Shown in pieces: positions 23,460-37,124 of a stretch of 64,000 nt of DNA; positions within the stretch are counted from its first letter, which is position 1; the number at the start of each line of letters is the position of its first letter. The DNA comes from Mobula hypostoma. Taxonomy: Eukaryota. Location of the stretch: assembly GCF_963921235.1 (NCBI RefSeq), contig NC_086097.1, positions 224,256,001-224,320,000 on the forward strand, given 5' to 3'. The position numbers were made by a program, and so were the translations under genes. The notes beneath the pieces are model-generated. The model was not told the DNA's origin and ran no database searches. It was given only the letters and a program-made list of their open reading frames with translations.

Positions 23460-23800
23460 GTGTCCTTCAAGAGGACCACAACCTTGTCATTGGGTCTGGA
23501 GGCTTGCATGCCTCATGACTCGGACAGCTATGTTGGCTGGGGTGAGGCCTTTATGCTTTGGCTCTTGATAGGGTCACCCATGCCAAGCAGGTCGAAGGGT
23601 AGAGGCAAACTAAGAGCGGTCCACCAGTCCTCCAGGTTCAGGGGATCAGCTCAGGGATAACAAACCTAACTGGTAAAAAAAATGTGACGGAAACAACATT
23701 GAAGAATCCTTCTATGTCGATGTGTGATGATATGGACAGACAGAGATGGAGGATCTTCATTAGTGCTCTAAATGCTAGTGATGTATTGAGCAGCATGTAA
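23460..23800 (+). mobile_element. RTE (Expander/Rex3-like) 5'UTR-derived retroposon
   Basis: accttgtc...ggaggcttgcatgcctcatgac...tagggtcacccatgcca leader; homologous copy on minus at ~40905-41305. Confidence 0.55.
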
Positions 23801-25190
23801 GTATATAGATGTAGTCATAACAGAATACTTGTTGAGAGAATTAATATTATACTCTTACACTCTTGATATACAAGAGATTATAATCTTGTCTATAAGTGTT
23901 CAATGAATTGTCATATTATGCTTGTTTATTGACAGTAACCACTGACAGTCCATCCTCTTCCAGCCAGCTGTTTCCTGAAGGATGGGCTACTTCATCAAAA
24001 CATCAGTGTATTTGAGGCAAACACCTTGTGGAATTTGCAAATTTCTTCTTCCTAATTCTAGTTACTTGATATATGAATAAGAAAATATGTACTATTTTCC
24101 TTTCCAGTGGAAAATTTGATAATCTCAAATGGTAGAAAAGTAATGCTCATTTGATTTTTCCAGAACATTTCCATTGTGTTTATCTTGCTGTTTGTTCAAG
24201 CTAAGATATATTGGTCTGAATTCCTGCCATATTGTGAACATATCATAATATCATAGTATCATAGGTACAGCATGGTAGGAAGTCTTTTGGCCTGTCATAC
24301 TTACTCCATCTCTGATCATCCACTTCAGGTCCTACTGGCCTGCATTTTCCTTTCCTTTGCCTTTCCTCTTTCAATTATTAGAGCATTTCTCTGGTGTAAT
24401 TTATAAGTAAATCTCCTTCTATCACCCCTTTAAGCAATGCATTTCAGGTTAGAATAATTCACTGCACAAATAAAATGTGTCTGTGTGTCAGTTGTAGACA
24501 AGTTCGTCCCCACAAATCATTCAGAGTCTTCCCAATGAGAAGCCCTGGGTGAGACATGAGATCCACAATCTGATGAGGGCCAGATCAGTGATGTTCGGGT
24601 CTGGCAACTGAGTAAAATACAGGAGGTCCAGGTACGATCTCCGGAAAGCCATCTCACGTATGAAGTGGCATTTCTGGACTGAAGGATGCTCGACAGCTGT
24701 GGCACGGCTTGAATGCTATCACCTCCTGCAAGGGTTTCAGCAAAGATTCGCTCCCAGATGAGCTCAATGCCTTTTGTGCTTGCTTTGACCGTCAAAGCCT
24801 GGAGGTACCTTCATAAACTCCCACAGTTCCTGATGACCTTGTGATTTCAGTCTCTGAGGCTTATGGGAAAGCATTTTTCGGGAGGTTTCACAGAAAGCAT
24901 CCAGCCCGGGCGGGGTACCTGGCTGAGTACTAAAGACCTGTGCTGATCAACTGGCTGGAGCGTTCAGCGATATCTTTAATCTCTTGCTTCAGCAGTCTAA
25001 GGTGCCCACCTGCTCTAGCAGGCTTCTGAGAATAACGTCGTAACCTGCCTCAGTGACTATTGTCCAGCTGCACTTACATCCACCGTGATGAAGTACTTTG
25101 AGAGGTTGGTGATGAAACATATCAACTCCTGCCTGAGAAGTGATTTGGATCCACTCCAATTTGCCTACTGTCACAACAGGTCAACAGCAG

Positions 25191-25776
25191 CATCACAACC
25201 ACAGATCTGGCAGCGCAGCAGGCACGGTAATTGTGCTGGTGAATATGCACGTGTCAGCTAATTATTATTTAATTGTGATCATATTTAACTCCATACTTGT
25301 TGTTATAGTGCTTGTCGAGACTTGAACAACCCTGAGCCAATAGGCTGGTCCTGGACTTATTTCCTGGCATAATTTACATATTACTATTTAATTATTTGTT
25401 TTATTACTATTTAATTATTTATGGTGCAACTGTAACGAAAACCAATTTCCCACAGGATCAATAAAGTATGACTATGACTGTGACTATGAACAGAGCACAG
25501 CAATACTTCACTGCCTGCATTCCGACTTGCTTGAGAAATTGGACTGTCAAGTCAACTGACCCTGAAGATGAGTGATATTCGTTTTATTCTTAGTTGTTCT
25601 TTTCAATCGCTGTGTAGGCTACATTTTACACTTTAGAGTTTTAGTTAACGGCCCTGTTTGGCCTCGCATTTACTGTTTTCTTTCCCTTTAACACTGTTCG
25701 CGTTGAAGTCTGTGAACTATCGGCCTGCTTCAGCGTCTCCCACTCCGTGCTTGGGCTATGTCCACACTGGGTGACA
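25191..25776. repeat. Solo LTR with 5-bp TSD, containing a nested LINE tail
   Basis: AGCAG at 25186-25190 and 25777-25781; ends CATCAC (decayed TGTCAC)...GTGACA. Nested piece 25329-25486 has AATAAA, a (TATGAC)n tail and a TGAACA TSD. Confidence 0.7.
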
Positions 25777-26208
25777 AGCAGATGTCTTCTCATTGGCTCT
25801 TTACTCAACACTGGAACATATGGACGGTGAAAATGCATACATCAGGATGACCTGCATTGACTACAGCTCGGCATTCAACACCATCATCCCCTCAAAACTA
25901 ATCAATAAGCTTCAACACCTAGACCTCAATACCTCCTTGTGCAACTGCATCCTCCATTTTCTCAGTTTAACGTCTCCTCCACAATCACCATCAGCACAGC
26001 TACACTACAAGCCTGTGTGCTTAGCCCCTTGCTCTACTTGCTTTATACTTATGACTGTGAGGCTAAGCACAGCTCCAAAACCATATTGAAGTTTGCCAAC
26101 AACACCACTGCCATCGGCTGAATCAAAGGTGGTGACAAATGGGCATATAGAAAGGAGATTGAAAATCCTGTTGTGGTGACACAATTACAATCTCTCACTC
26201 TATGTCAG

Positions 26209-26919
26209 TGTAAGAGGTTTCTTCTTAATTTATGTTACTGCGAAGGCTAACAAAATGGCTTCTTTGTTATGTTATAATTAAAATGGGTTTTCTGTAATAA
26301 TAACTGCAATGTAAGGAGTTCTCTCTCTCTCTCTGCTTGTTTGGGTTATATTATTGATAAGAGAGAGAACGAACCAATTGGGATAGACGTTATTCTTTCT
26401 TGTGTATCTGTAGGCTATTGTTTTAGTGGCTGTTGAGGGAGGAGGCACGATGGAGACAGAGAGAGGAGACGCGATGCTGTAAGCTGGCCAACGGGACGGA
26501 CCCCAAGCGGGAGTCCGAGGCCCAGGGTCTTCGGCGAGGAGAGGAGACGAAGGCAGACTCATGTGGAGCATCTGGTCAACCACCGCGGTTGGTCCCAGGT
26601 GGCGGGTTGAGGAGGTCGGAGGAGATTGAATGGTGGAAAGAAGACTTCGTTACTTGAGCTCCAACTGTTTGTGCACGAAGAGGTTGAACTTTGATAAGTT
26701 TGGCGCCTTTTACTTTCCTTTAATATTTTATCTCTATTAATTATATAGTTCCAGTAAGATCTATAAAGTGTCATCATTTAATCACATATGGTGTATTGTC
26801 TGTTATTTGGCAGGGTGGGGTACTTCACACAGCGTCCACACAAACTTGATTACGCAGTTTGGCGGCTCCCCCTAGACAAAAGTGAGTTGAGCGAGCCTGA
26901 GGCTTACCAGGGGGCTACA
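26209..26919 (+). repeat. Solo LTR with 4-bp TSD
   Basis: TGTAAG...GCTACA flanked by TCAG (26205-26208, 26920-26923). Removing it restores the RT motif V-S-K-T-K. Confidence 0.9.
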
Positions 26920-28276
26920 TCAGCAAGACAAAGAAGCTGATTATTGACTTCAGGAGGAGGAAACTGGAAGTCCGTGAGCCTGTCCTCATCAGGGGAATCT
27001 TCGGTGTTATCATTTCAGAGTATCTGTCCTGGGTCTAGCACATATCAAAGAAAGTAAGGCAGAGGCAGTGTCTCTGTTTCCTCAGAAGATTGTGAAGGTT
27101 CGGCATGACATCGAAAACTTTAACAAAGTTCTACAGTTCCACTATCCCAAACAACTGAAGGTCCTTATTCCCATTGCTACTCCAGTGAACCTCCTTAGCA
27201 TCTTCTGTAAGGCCTTGAGATCTTGCCTCATGTGTGATACCCAGGACCAAGCACAATCTCCAGCTATGGCCTAATTGTTCAATGTAGGTTCCTTGCTTTG
27301 TTCTCTTTGCCTTTTTTATGTTTTACATGGCATCCTCCACAATATTCTGTCATTTTCCAAGATTTGTGGCTGCATATTCCTCGATCTCTCTGTCTCATTT
27401 CATTTTTCTTAGCCCAGCCAAAATGTATCATTTTACACGACTTGCTGTCCAGTTTCATTTCTATAAACTAGTTTGCCCTGTATTTTGTTTTGCCTTTGAC
27501 ACTTCCACGTTTTAACTATTTCTGATTTTGTCTTATCAGTAAATATTGAAATTATAACCTGTATAATTTCATGTCAGGTGCTTGCAATATAAGATTGGTT
27601 CATCTCAAATATCAAGTGGACATTGAAAAGATGTCAGCACAATGAAAGATTTTCTTGGCTTTCTGTGCTCCCATGCCTCCTTTTGACAAAGCAGCCATTC
27701 AGTACTTTGACACTATTCTGGCAATTTAATGAGGACACATGATGCTCTTATTTTCGCACATTTACAGACATTCCTTGAACAGGATACAAAACAGGACACC
27801 TTTTTACTCAATGCGAACCATTTCTAGCACTGTTTTTCAGTGCGATCCAACTCTCTCTGTTCTGTGCAGAGCGTAACAGCACCAAGCAGCCAATAGGCAC
27901 TGTCCTGAACTTCTTGCAACCACTGAGATATTCACCCATTGTACCTGTGTTTGCCAGAACAAATTCTCTACTTCAAAAACTTACTTAATAGATATAACAT
28001 TCTCTGTTTCAACTAATATTTTTGAAAAAAACATTTCACTTCCCATCAACTCTAAAATTTCTTCTAACATCTTCTTAGAGAAAGCTTGAAACCAATAATC
28101 CAACATCACTGACTCTGCGCCAAATTTCGATCCTGACTTAGATATTAAAGGGAGTGGAGTCCACATGTACTCTCAGAATTGCTGCAGTTTTAAAAAAAAT
28201 CTGATCACAAACTTGGGGTACTTAACATTAACGACCTCTCATGACATTGAAAGCTTCAGTTGTTGGGAAAAAAGGA

Positions 28277-28780
28277 GCGCAGTAGCGATAGGGGATTCGA
28301 TAGTTAGGGGGACAGATAAGAGGTTCTTGTGGGAGAGATCGAGAATCTCGGATGGTCTGTTGCCTCCCTGGTGCCAGCATCCGCGATATCTCGGATCGAG
28401 TTCTCGGTATTCTCAGGAGGGAGGGTGAGCAGCCAGATGTCGTGGTCCATGTAGGGACCAATAATGTGGGTAGGAAGGAGGAGGAGGTCCTGCAAAGAGA
28501 GTTTAGGGAGTTAGGCGCAAAGTTGAAGGACAGGACCTCCAGGGTTGCAGTCTCAGGATTGCTACTCGTGCCACGTGCTAGTGAGGCTAGAAATAGGAAG
28601 ATAATGCAGCTAAATACGTGGCTAAGGAGATGGTGCAGGAGGGAGGATTTCATGTTTCTGGACAATCGGGCTTTGTTCCAGGGAAGGTGGGACCTGTTCC
28701 GACAGGACGGTTTGCACCTGAACTGGAGGGGACTAACATCCTTGCGGATAGATTTGCTAGTGCTGCTCCAGGGGGTTTAA
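28277..28780 (+). pseudogene. CR1 ORF1 SGNH/GDSL esterase domain, frameshifted
   Basis: IGDSIVRG...CLPGA...VVHVGTNN...DGLHLN blocks. Confidence 0.9.
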
Positions 28781-28787
28781 ACTAGAT

Positions 28788-31709
28788 TTGCAGGGGGAGG
28801 GGAACCAGAGTGTTAGAGCAGATAGTGAGGTGGAGGAGGATAAAGGTCATGCGAGGACTGGATGTATAGACAGAAATCAAAGGTTTGTACATGATAGAAT
28901 TGTTCTCATATGCATCTATTTCAATGCAATGAGTATTGTAGGTAAAGCAGATGAGCTTAGGGCATGGATTGGCATGTGGGATTATGACATTATTAGTGAG
29001 ACTTGGTTGCAGGAGGGGCAGGACTGGCAGCTTAATGTTCTGGGGTTCTGTTGTTTCAGACGTGATAGAGAGGGAGAGATGAAAGGGGGAGGAATGGCAT
29101 TACTAGTCAGGGAAAATATCACAGCTGTGCATAGACAGGACAGCCCGGAGGGCTTGTCTACAGAGGCCATATGGGTGAAGCTGAGGAACAGAAAAGGTGT
29201 GACCACACTAATAGGGTTGTATTATAGACCGCCCAATAGTCAGAGAGAATTGGAGGAGCCAGTCGCTAGAGAGATAGCAGACCGATATAAGAAACAGAAA
29301 GTTGTAACAGGGGATTTTAACTTTCCACATATTGACTGGGACTCCCACACTGTGAAAGGGCTAGATGGCTTGGAGTTTGTCAAATGTGTTCAGGAAAGTT
29401 TTCTAAGTCAATATATAGAGGTACCTACGAGAGAGGATGCAATACTTGATCTCCTATCAGGGAGCCAGACAGGTCAGGTGACAGAAGTATGTGTAGGTGA
29501 ACATTTTGGGTCCAGTGACCATAATGTCATTAGTTTCAGGTTAATTATGGATAAGGATAGGTCTGGTCCTTGACCTGAGGTTCTAAGTTGGAGAAGGGCC
29601 AATTTTGTGGAAATGAGAAAGGATCTAGGAAGAGATGCATTGGGATAAGGTGCTTTCTGGCAAGGATGTGTTCAGTAAGTGGAAGGTCTTCAAAGGCGAA
29701 ATTTTGAGAGTGCAGATTATGCATGTTCCTGCCAGGATTAAAGGTAATGTTAACGGGCATAGGGAACCTTGGTTTTCAAGGGATATTGGCGATCTGGTTA
29801 AGGAAAAGAGAGAGGCGTATAGCAGGTATAGGCAACAAAGAACAAATGAGGTACTTGAAGAGTATAGAAAATGTATGAAAATACTAAAGAAGGAAATCAG
29901 GAAGGCAAAAAGAAGACAGAGGTTGCTTTGGCAGATAACGTGAAGGTCAACCTGAAGGGTTTCCACAAGTATATTAAGAGTAAAAGGATAGTAAGGGACA
30001 AAATTGGTCCACTAGAAGATCAGAGTGGTCGTCTATGTGTGGAGCCTCACGAGATGGGGGAGATCTTAAACAATTTTTTTGCATCAGTATTTACTCAGGA
30101 AACTGGCATAGCATATATGGAAGGAAGGGAAACAAGCAGTAGTATCATGGAACATATAGAGAATAAAGAGGAGGAGGTGCTTACTACCTTACAGCGAATA
30201 AAGGTAGATAAATCCCCCGGGCCTGACATGATATTTCCTCGGGCCTTGAGAGAGACTAGTGCAGAAATTGCAGGGGCCCTGGCAGAAATATTTGAAATAT
30301 CCTTAGCCACATGTGCGGTGCCAGAGGATTGGAGGGTAGCTCGTGTTGTTTCGTTGTTTAAAAAAGGCTCCAAAAGTAAACCAGGTTATTACAGGCTGGT
30401 GAGCCTGACATCAGTAGTAGGTAAATTATTGGAAGGTGTTTTGAGAGATTGGATATACAAGTATTTGGACAGCCAATGGCTGATTAAGGATAGTCAGCAT
30501 GGCTTTGTGCATGGTAGATTGCGTTTAATGAATCTTGTAGAGTTTTTCGAGGAGGTTACCAAGAAAGTAGATGAAGGAAAGGCTGTGGATGTTGTCTACA
30601 TGGACTTTAGTAAGGCCTTTGACAATTGACAAGGTCCCATATGGAGGTTAGTTCAGAAGGTTCAGACACTAGATATCTATGGACAGGTTGTAAACTGGAT
30701 TCGAAATTGGCTGTGTGGGAGAAGACAGAGAGTGGTAGTGGATGATTACTTCTCAGACTGGAGGCCTGTGACTAGTGGTGTGCCTCAGGGATCTGTGCTG
30801 GGACCATTGTTGTTTGTTGTCTCTATCAATGATCTAGATGATAATGTGGTAAATTGGATTAGCAAGTTTGCTGATGACACTAAGATTGGAGGCATTGTGG
30901 ACAGAAAGGAAGGCTTTCAAAGCTTGCAGAGGGAACTGGACCAACTGGAAAAATGGGCCAGAAAATGGCAGATGGAATTTAATGCAGACAAGTGTGAGGT
31001 GTTGCATTTTGGAAGGACAAATCAAGGTAGGACATACACAGTAAATGGTAGGGCACTGAGGAGTGTGGAGGAACAAAGGGATCTGGGAGTTCAGATACAT
31101 AATTCCCTGAAAGTGGCGTCACAGGTAGACAGGGTTGTAAAGAAGGCTTTTGTCATCCTGGCATTCATAAATCAAAGTACTGAGTATAGGAGTTGGGATG
31201 TTATGGTGAGGTTGTATAAGATATTGGTGAGGCCAAATGTGGAGTATTGTGTGCAGTTCTGGTTACCTAACTATAGGAAGGATATCAGTAAGATTGAAAG
31301 AGTGCAGAGAAGATTTACTAGGATGTTGCTGGGTCTTCAGGAGTTGAGTTACAGGGAAAGATTGAACAGGTTAGGGCTTTATTCCTTGGAGCGTAGAAGA
31401 ATGAGGGGGGATTTGATAGAGGTTTACAATATTATGAGGGGTATAGACAGAGTAAATGCGAGTAGGCTCTTTCCACTTAGGTTAGGAGAGATAAATACGA
31501 GAGGACATGGCTTTAGGGTGAAATGGGAAAGGTTTAGGGGGAGTATTAGGGGGAACTTCTTCACTCAGAGAGTGGTGGGAGTGTGGAACAAGCTGCCATC
31601 TGACGTGGTAAATGTGGGCTTACTCTTAAGTTTTAAGAATAAATTGGATAGATACATGGATGGGAGAGGTCTGGAGGGTTATGGATTGGGTGCAGGTCAG
31701 TGGGACTAG
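28788..31709 (+). pseudogene. CR1 ORF2 (apurinic-like endonuclease plus reverse transcriptase), several stops and frameshifts
   Basis: ISETWL, YRPPN, GDFN, LDL, GSSDHN; KSPGPD, DFSKAFD, GVPQGSVLGPLLF, SKFADDTK. Broken at ~29573, ~29900 and ~30629. Confidence 0.95.
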
Positions 31710-32146
31710 TGGAATAAAGTTTTGGCACAGACTAGAAGGGCCAAATGGCCTGTTTCCTGTGCCGTAGTGTTCTATGGTTCTATGGTTCTATGGAAGTGTG
31801 GGCATTTGATTCATGGTTTAAGATTTCAACATTGTAAAGCCAAGAGAAATAATCAGGAATTTTCTTGGGACTTCCAACCTCAAAGGCAGCTTGGATGCCA
31901 TTCATAATCACAATCAAGAATTGGATCAGGGCTGGAGATACTCGGATGGTAGGAGTTGGGTGAATGTGATCAGCTGTCACAACTGCACTCAAGCATAAAG
32001 TGAAAGCAAGGGAATAAGATGAATAAGAGAAAACAAGAGAAAGGAAGGTGGTGAAAGTATATATTTGCACAAGTGTCCTCCTTTGTAACAAACAAGTTGC
32101 ACACTGAAGGCCTGAAATAGGCGGGTAGGCTTATAGTCTATAATAA

Positions 32147-32748
32147 ACACAAGATACTGGAAATCAACAGCAACACACAAAAACTGCTGGAGGAACTCAG
32201 CAGGTCAGGTAGCATCTATGAATGTGAATAAACAGTCGACGTCTCAGGCTGAGACCCTCCTTAGGACTGGAAAGAAAGGGGGAAGATACCAGAAAAAAAG
32301 TTGGGTAGTGAGGAAGGAGGTAGGTAGAGGGTGATAGGTAAAACTAGGTGGGCGGAGAGGAAGGAATCTGATAGTGTTGGAGAATGGACTGTAGGAGAAA
32401 GGGAAGGAGGAGGGGACCTGGGGGGGAGGTGATAGACATGGAAAGAGAGGTAAGAGGCCAGGGTGGAGAACAGAGAAAGAGGGAAGGGGAGGGAAATTTT
32501 TTTGACTGGAAGGAGAAATCGATATTTATGCCATCAAGTTGGAGACCACCCAGACGGAATATAAGGTGTTGCTCCTCCACCCTGAGGGTGGCCTCATTGT
32601 GGCACAAGAGGAGGCCACGGACCGACATGTTGGAACGGGAATCAGAACTGGAATTAAAATGTTTGGACAGTGGGAAGTTCTGCTTTTGATGGATGGAGTG
32701 GAGGTGCTTGAGGAAGTTGTCACCCAATTTGCGACGGTTCTCACCAAT
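32147..32748 (-). mobile_element. Penelope-like element 3' part
   Basis: LIGENRRKLGDNFLKHL...KHFNSSSDSRSNM...EEQHLIFRLGGLQLDGINIDFS followed by a terminal repeat with a decayed hammerhead (~32232-32270). Confidence 0.85.
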
Positions 32749-34586
32749 GAGTCTATTGTTTGCTTCAGATATGGGATCTGGAAGGCATTGCAGAATCCTT
32801 GTAAAAAATACTGCTCTTGGGCAATGGATGAACATACTGCACCCTCTTCATCAACAGTTGAAATGTAAGTTTACACCTATGACATTGGTATAATTGCTTT
32901 TCTAGTATTTTAATCATACTTTCTTATTCATTCCTGTGTCTAAGCTGTTGCTCAAAATCCAAAATTTGTAAGCAGTCAAATTGAAGACATTAAACGGGTT
33001 TGTGAATGATGCTGAATAATGGAAATCTCACGGCAATTGCCAAGGATTTGATTAGTGTTAGGTACATTAGGATTTCAATAAATTTTGTCCTTACATAGAG
33101 CGAAGGTTATTAAACCCACAAATACTCATCAGAAAAATTGTGCCTATTATTCCCATGATAGTCCTACATATGAAAGCTACTTTTTCTGCAAATCAGATTC
33201 TGCTTTTTAATAACTTGATGTTTTATTCCTGGGTAAACTGTAACATTTGCTGCAATAGCTTAAAGTAACTCTTCTTCTGATTTATAATTTTGTTTTTAGT
33301 AGGAGTGAGGTTGGGGTAATGGCAAATGGATTTTATACAAATGTTTACACTGTGCTATGTGTGGGCTGTTCTCTTGTGTATACAGTGCAGCACCGACCTG
33401 AGGGATACATACAGCAGCTAAATGAATGCTTTCAGTTCGGTAAAGAGCAAAGCACAGCAAGATTTCAGCTTTGGAGATCAAATCTTTTTCAGCTCATTTA
33501 AGGTGAAATATATACAAGGCTTTCTTAGATATTACCTCACCGTTAACTGCAGTTTTATAGCACAGCATACACACTCACAGCTGGAGGAACTCAATCCTGA
33601 ATTCAGAGAAAGTGCTGCTTTTCCCCCACGCACAGCAGTTGATGGCTTGAATGACAGGTGTCTAAAGGGTATGCACCATGACCCGGTGGGGAATTTCTTT
33701 CTGTTAATTAATTTTACATGATATAGGTGTTATTGGCCTTGTTTGAGTGAGCTGCCTTATTGAACTATAACAGTCCTCACACAGAGGCTTGGGAGGGACT
33801 TCCACAGCTTAGATCCTGCGATGAAGAAGGAACAATGATATATCTTTAAATCCAAGTGAGGTGTAACTTGGAGAGGAACTGCAGTAAGTGGTGTTCAGGT
33901 GCACTTACTGTCTTTATCCTACTTGGTGGTAGAGGTTATGGGGTGTTAGGTGCGGTCAGAGTAGCAGCTGGGTAACTACAATGAATTTTATTGATGGGTC
34001 TCTTTGCAGACATACTCTATTGATAGAGAATTTTTAAGATGGTGAACAGGATGTATTCAAGCAGGCAGCCTTATCCTGGATAATGTTGTGCTTGCTGTGT
34101 ACCGTGGTAGCTGATCTCATTCAGGACTGTGGAGAATATTCCATTACACTCCTAACATGTGTGTTGTAAGTGATGGAAAGAATGTGGGGTGGAGGTGAGT
34201 AACTTGCCACAGGACATCCAGCCTCTGTCTTGTGTGTAGCCATAGTATTTATGTGGCTGGTCAGACTGAGTTACGACCGGCCACATAAATACTCTGGCTA
34301 CAAGACAATTATGATCTCTTAAACATTGATAGTAGGGGACTTGAGAATGAAACATATTCTGTTCTTTACTATTTCTAGAGGTGTAGCATTAGCTCCTGTT
34401 AATATTCATTATAACTCCCTATTGCTTCCCTGTGCCCTCTCTGCCATACATTACTGCCGACTCTCTCATCTTTCACTGGTTCTACGTGCAATGTACCTGT
34501 ACAGTACTCAGGGTTTGGCCACCTCAAGATGGAATTGAGTGATTTATTCTGTTTTCTACTTTCTATGCTGCTGTACCTAGTCGTAA

Positions 34587-35869
34587 TCATGTCTGACGAA
34601 TCTCATAGAATTTTTTGAGGATGTAACTAGTAGAGTGGATAGGGGAGAACCAGTGGATGTGGTATATTTGGATTTTCAAAAGGCTTTTGACAAGGTCCCA
34701 CACAGGAGATTAGTGTGCAAACTTAAAGCACACGGTATTGGGGGTAAGGTATTGGTGTGGGTGGAGAATTGGTTAGCAGACAGGAAGCAAAGAGTGGGAA
34801 TTAACGGGACCTTTTCAGAATGGCAGGCGGTGACTAGTGGGGTACCGCAAGGCTCAGTGCTGGGACCCCAGTTGTTTACAATATATATTAATGACTTGGA
34901 TGAGGGAATTAAATGCAGCATCTCCAAGTTTGCGGATGACACGAAGCTGGGTGGCAGTGTTAGCAGTGAGGAGGATGCTAAGAGGATGCAGGGTGACTTG
35001 GATAGGTTGGGTGAGTGGGCAAACTCATGGCAGATGCAATTTAATGTGGATAAATGTGAAGTTATCCACTTTGGTGGCAAAAATAGGAAAACAGATTATT
35101 ATCTGAATGGTGGCCGATTAGGAAAAGGGGAGGTGCAATGGGACCTGGGTGTCATTATACACCAGTCATTGAAAGTGGGCATGCAGGTACAGCAGGCGGT
35201 GAAAAAGGCGAACGGTATGCTGGCATTTATAGCGAGAGGATTCGAGTACAGGAGCAGGGAGGTACTACTGCAGTTGTACAAGGCCTTGGTGAGACCACAC
35301 CTGGAGTATTGTGTGCAGTTTTGGTCCCCTAATCTGAGGAAAGACATCTTTGCCATAGAGGGAGTACAAAGAAGGTTCACCAGATTGATTCCTGGGATGG
35401 CAGGTCTTTCATATGAAGAAAGACTGGATGAACTGGGCTTGTACTAGTTGGAATTTAGAAGATTGAGGGGGGATCTGATTGAAACGTATAAGATCCTAAA
35501 GGGATTGGACAGGCTAGATGCGGGAAGATTGTTCCCGATGTTGGGGAGGTCCAGAACGAGGGGTCACAGTTTGAGGATAGAGGGGAAGCCTTTTAGGACC
35601 GAGATTAGGAAAAACTTCTTCACACAGAGGGTGGTGAATCTGTGGAATTCTCTGCCACAGCAAACTGTTGAGGCCAGTTCATTGGCTATGTTTAAGAGGG
35701 AGTTAGATATGGCCCTTGTGGCTACAGGGGTCAGGGGGTATGGAGGGAAGGCTGGGTTCTGAGTTGGATGATCAGCCATGATCATAATAAATGGCAGTGC
35801 AGGCTCGAAGGGCCGAATGGCCTACTCCTGCACCTATTTTCTATGTTTCTATGTTTCTATGTTTCTATG
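34587..35869 (+). mobile_element. 5'-truncated young CR1 LINE (RT C-terminal half)
   Basis: YLDFQKAFDKV, GVPQGSVLGP, SKFADDTK; a single in-frame TAG at 35445-35447; (TTTCTATG)4 tail. Confidence 0.95.
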
Positions 35870-37124
35870 TAATGGGTGGTGGACGACTAAGTATCTAGTA
35901 GGTGGAGGAAGCTCCAGGAACATCATCGTCCTTAATAATACTGAGGCTCAGCATTTCAGTAGGAAAGACAAGGCTGGAGCATTAGAATTGCTGTTTATTC
36001 CCCTCCATGGATATTGCCTGACCTGCTGGGTTCCTGCAGTATTTTGAGTGTTATTTTTCATCCACCCCTTCTCCCTTGTTCAATTCATCATTATGGCTCT
36101 TTTCCTCCATCTCTTCTCCTAACCTCCCTCCTTCCCTTTCTCCTGTGGTCCACTCTTCTCTCCTATTAGATTCCTTCTTCATCAGCCCTTTACCTTTTCC
36201 ACCTATCACTTCCCAGGATCTCACTTCATCCACCTCTTCTCCACCCACCCACCTTCCCCTTTGTCTGGCTTCTCCTGCCAGCTCTCGGGTCTTGACTGTT
36301 CATTCCTCTCCATAGATGCTCGCAGGTTCAAAGGTTCAAAAGTTCATTTTTTGTCAAAGTATGCATGTACAATACAACTCTGATATTTGTCTTCTCCAGG
36401 TAGCCATGAAATACAGAAAGACCACGGAAGTTGATGAAAGAAAAGACATCAACGACCCCCATCCCCGGCATAAAAAAAGAAAAGAAACAAAACTTGCAGA
36501 CCCCACCCCAAAATCCAACCCCCCTCACACCAGCAGCATTAGAATTACACTCGGTCTGAAGTGGTGAAGGGGTGATCCGGTTTGGTTTTACAATCTCAGA
36601 AGAATATATTTAGCTAATTTGGTTCACTCAACATGTTATCAAGGAACAGCTGATGGCACTGGATACAACAAAGGCTAGCAGGCCAGGCACCTTCTCAGTT
36701 GTATAACCAAGATGTTCTGGTGCTGTTACAGTTCTGGCATCCACCAACAATGTAGGTCTTGCCCATGTATGTCCTATTCATAAAAAGCAGGACAAACCTA
36801 ACACATCTGCAACGTGAAGGAAAGTGGCATTAAAAATGCAATCAAGCAGCACTTGCTTTCCTTTAAACTGCTTCACTGTGTTTAGTTTGGATTTTGTCAG
36901 GACCACTTGTCTCCAGACCGCACCACAGTGAGAGGAGGGGATGGCACAGTAGCCTCGTGGTTAGCACAACACTACGGTACCCACAACCTGGGTTCATTTC
37001 CTTCTGCTGCCTATAAGGAGTTTGTGCATTCTCTCCGTGACCATGTGGATTTCCACCCACAGTCCGAAGATGTACTGGTTGGTAGGTTAATTGGTCATTG
37101 CAAATTGGCCAATGATTAGGCTAG

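Larger units (their letters stand above)
24640..27140 (+). mobile_element. Decayed Rex1/Babar-like LINE RT region interrupted by two solo LTRs
   Basis: DYSSAFNTIIPSKLINKL, QACVLSPLLY, KFANNT and SKTKKLIIDFR motifs spread across the insertions. Confidence 0.8.
28266..31793 (+). mobile_element. Near full-length CR1-clade LINE (5' truncated within ORF1)
   Basis: ORF1 esterase, ORF2 endonuclease plus RT, and an (TTCTATGG)3 tail at 31770-31793. Confidence 0.95.

Noticed and set aside
34676..35785. Long minus-strand ORFs opposite CR1 (also 49863-50285, 30095-30373, 1064-1348)
   Set aside because: Antisense shadows of TE coding frames.
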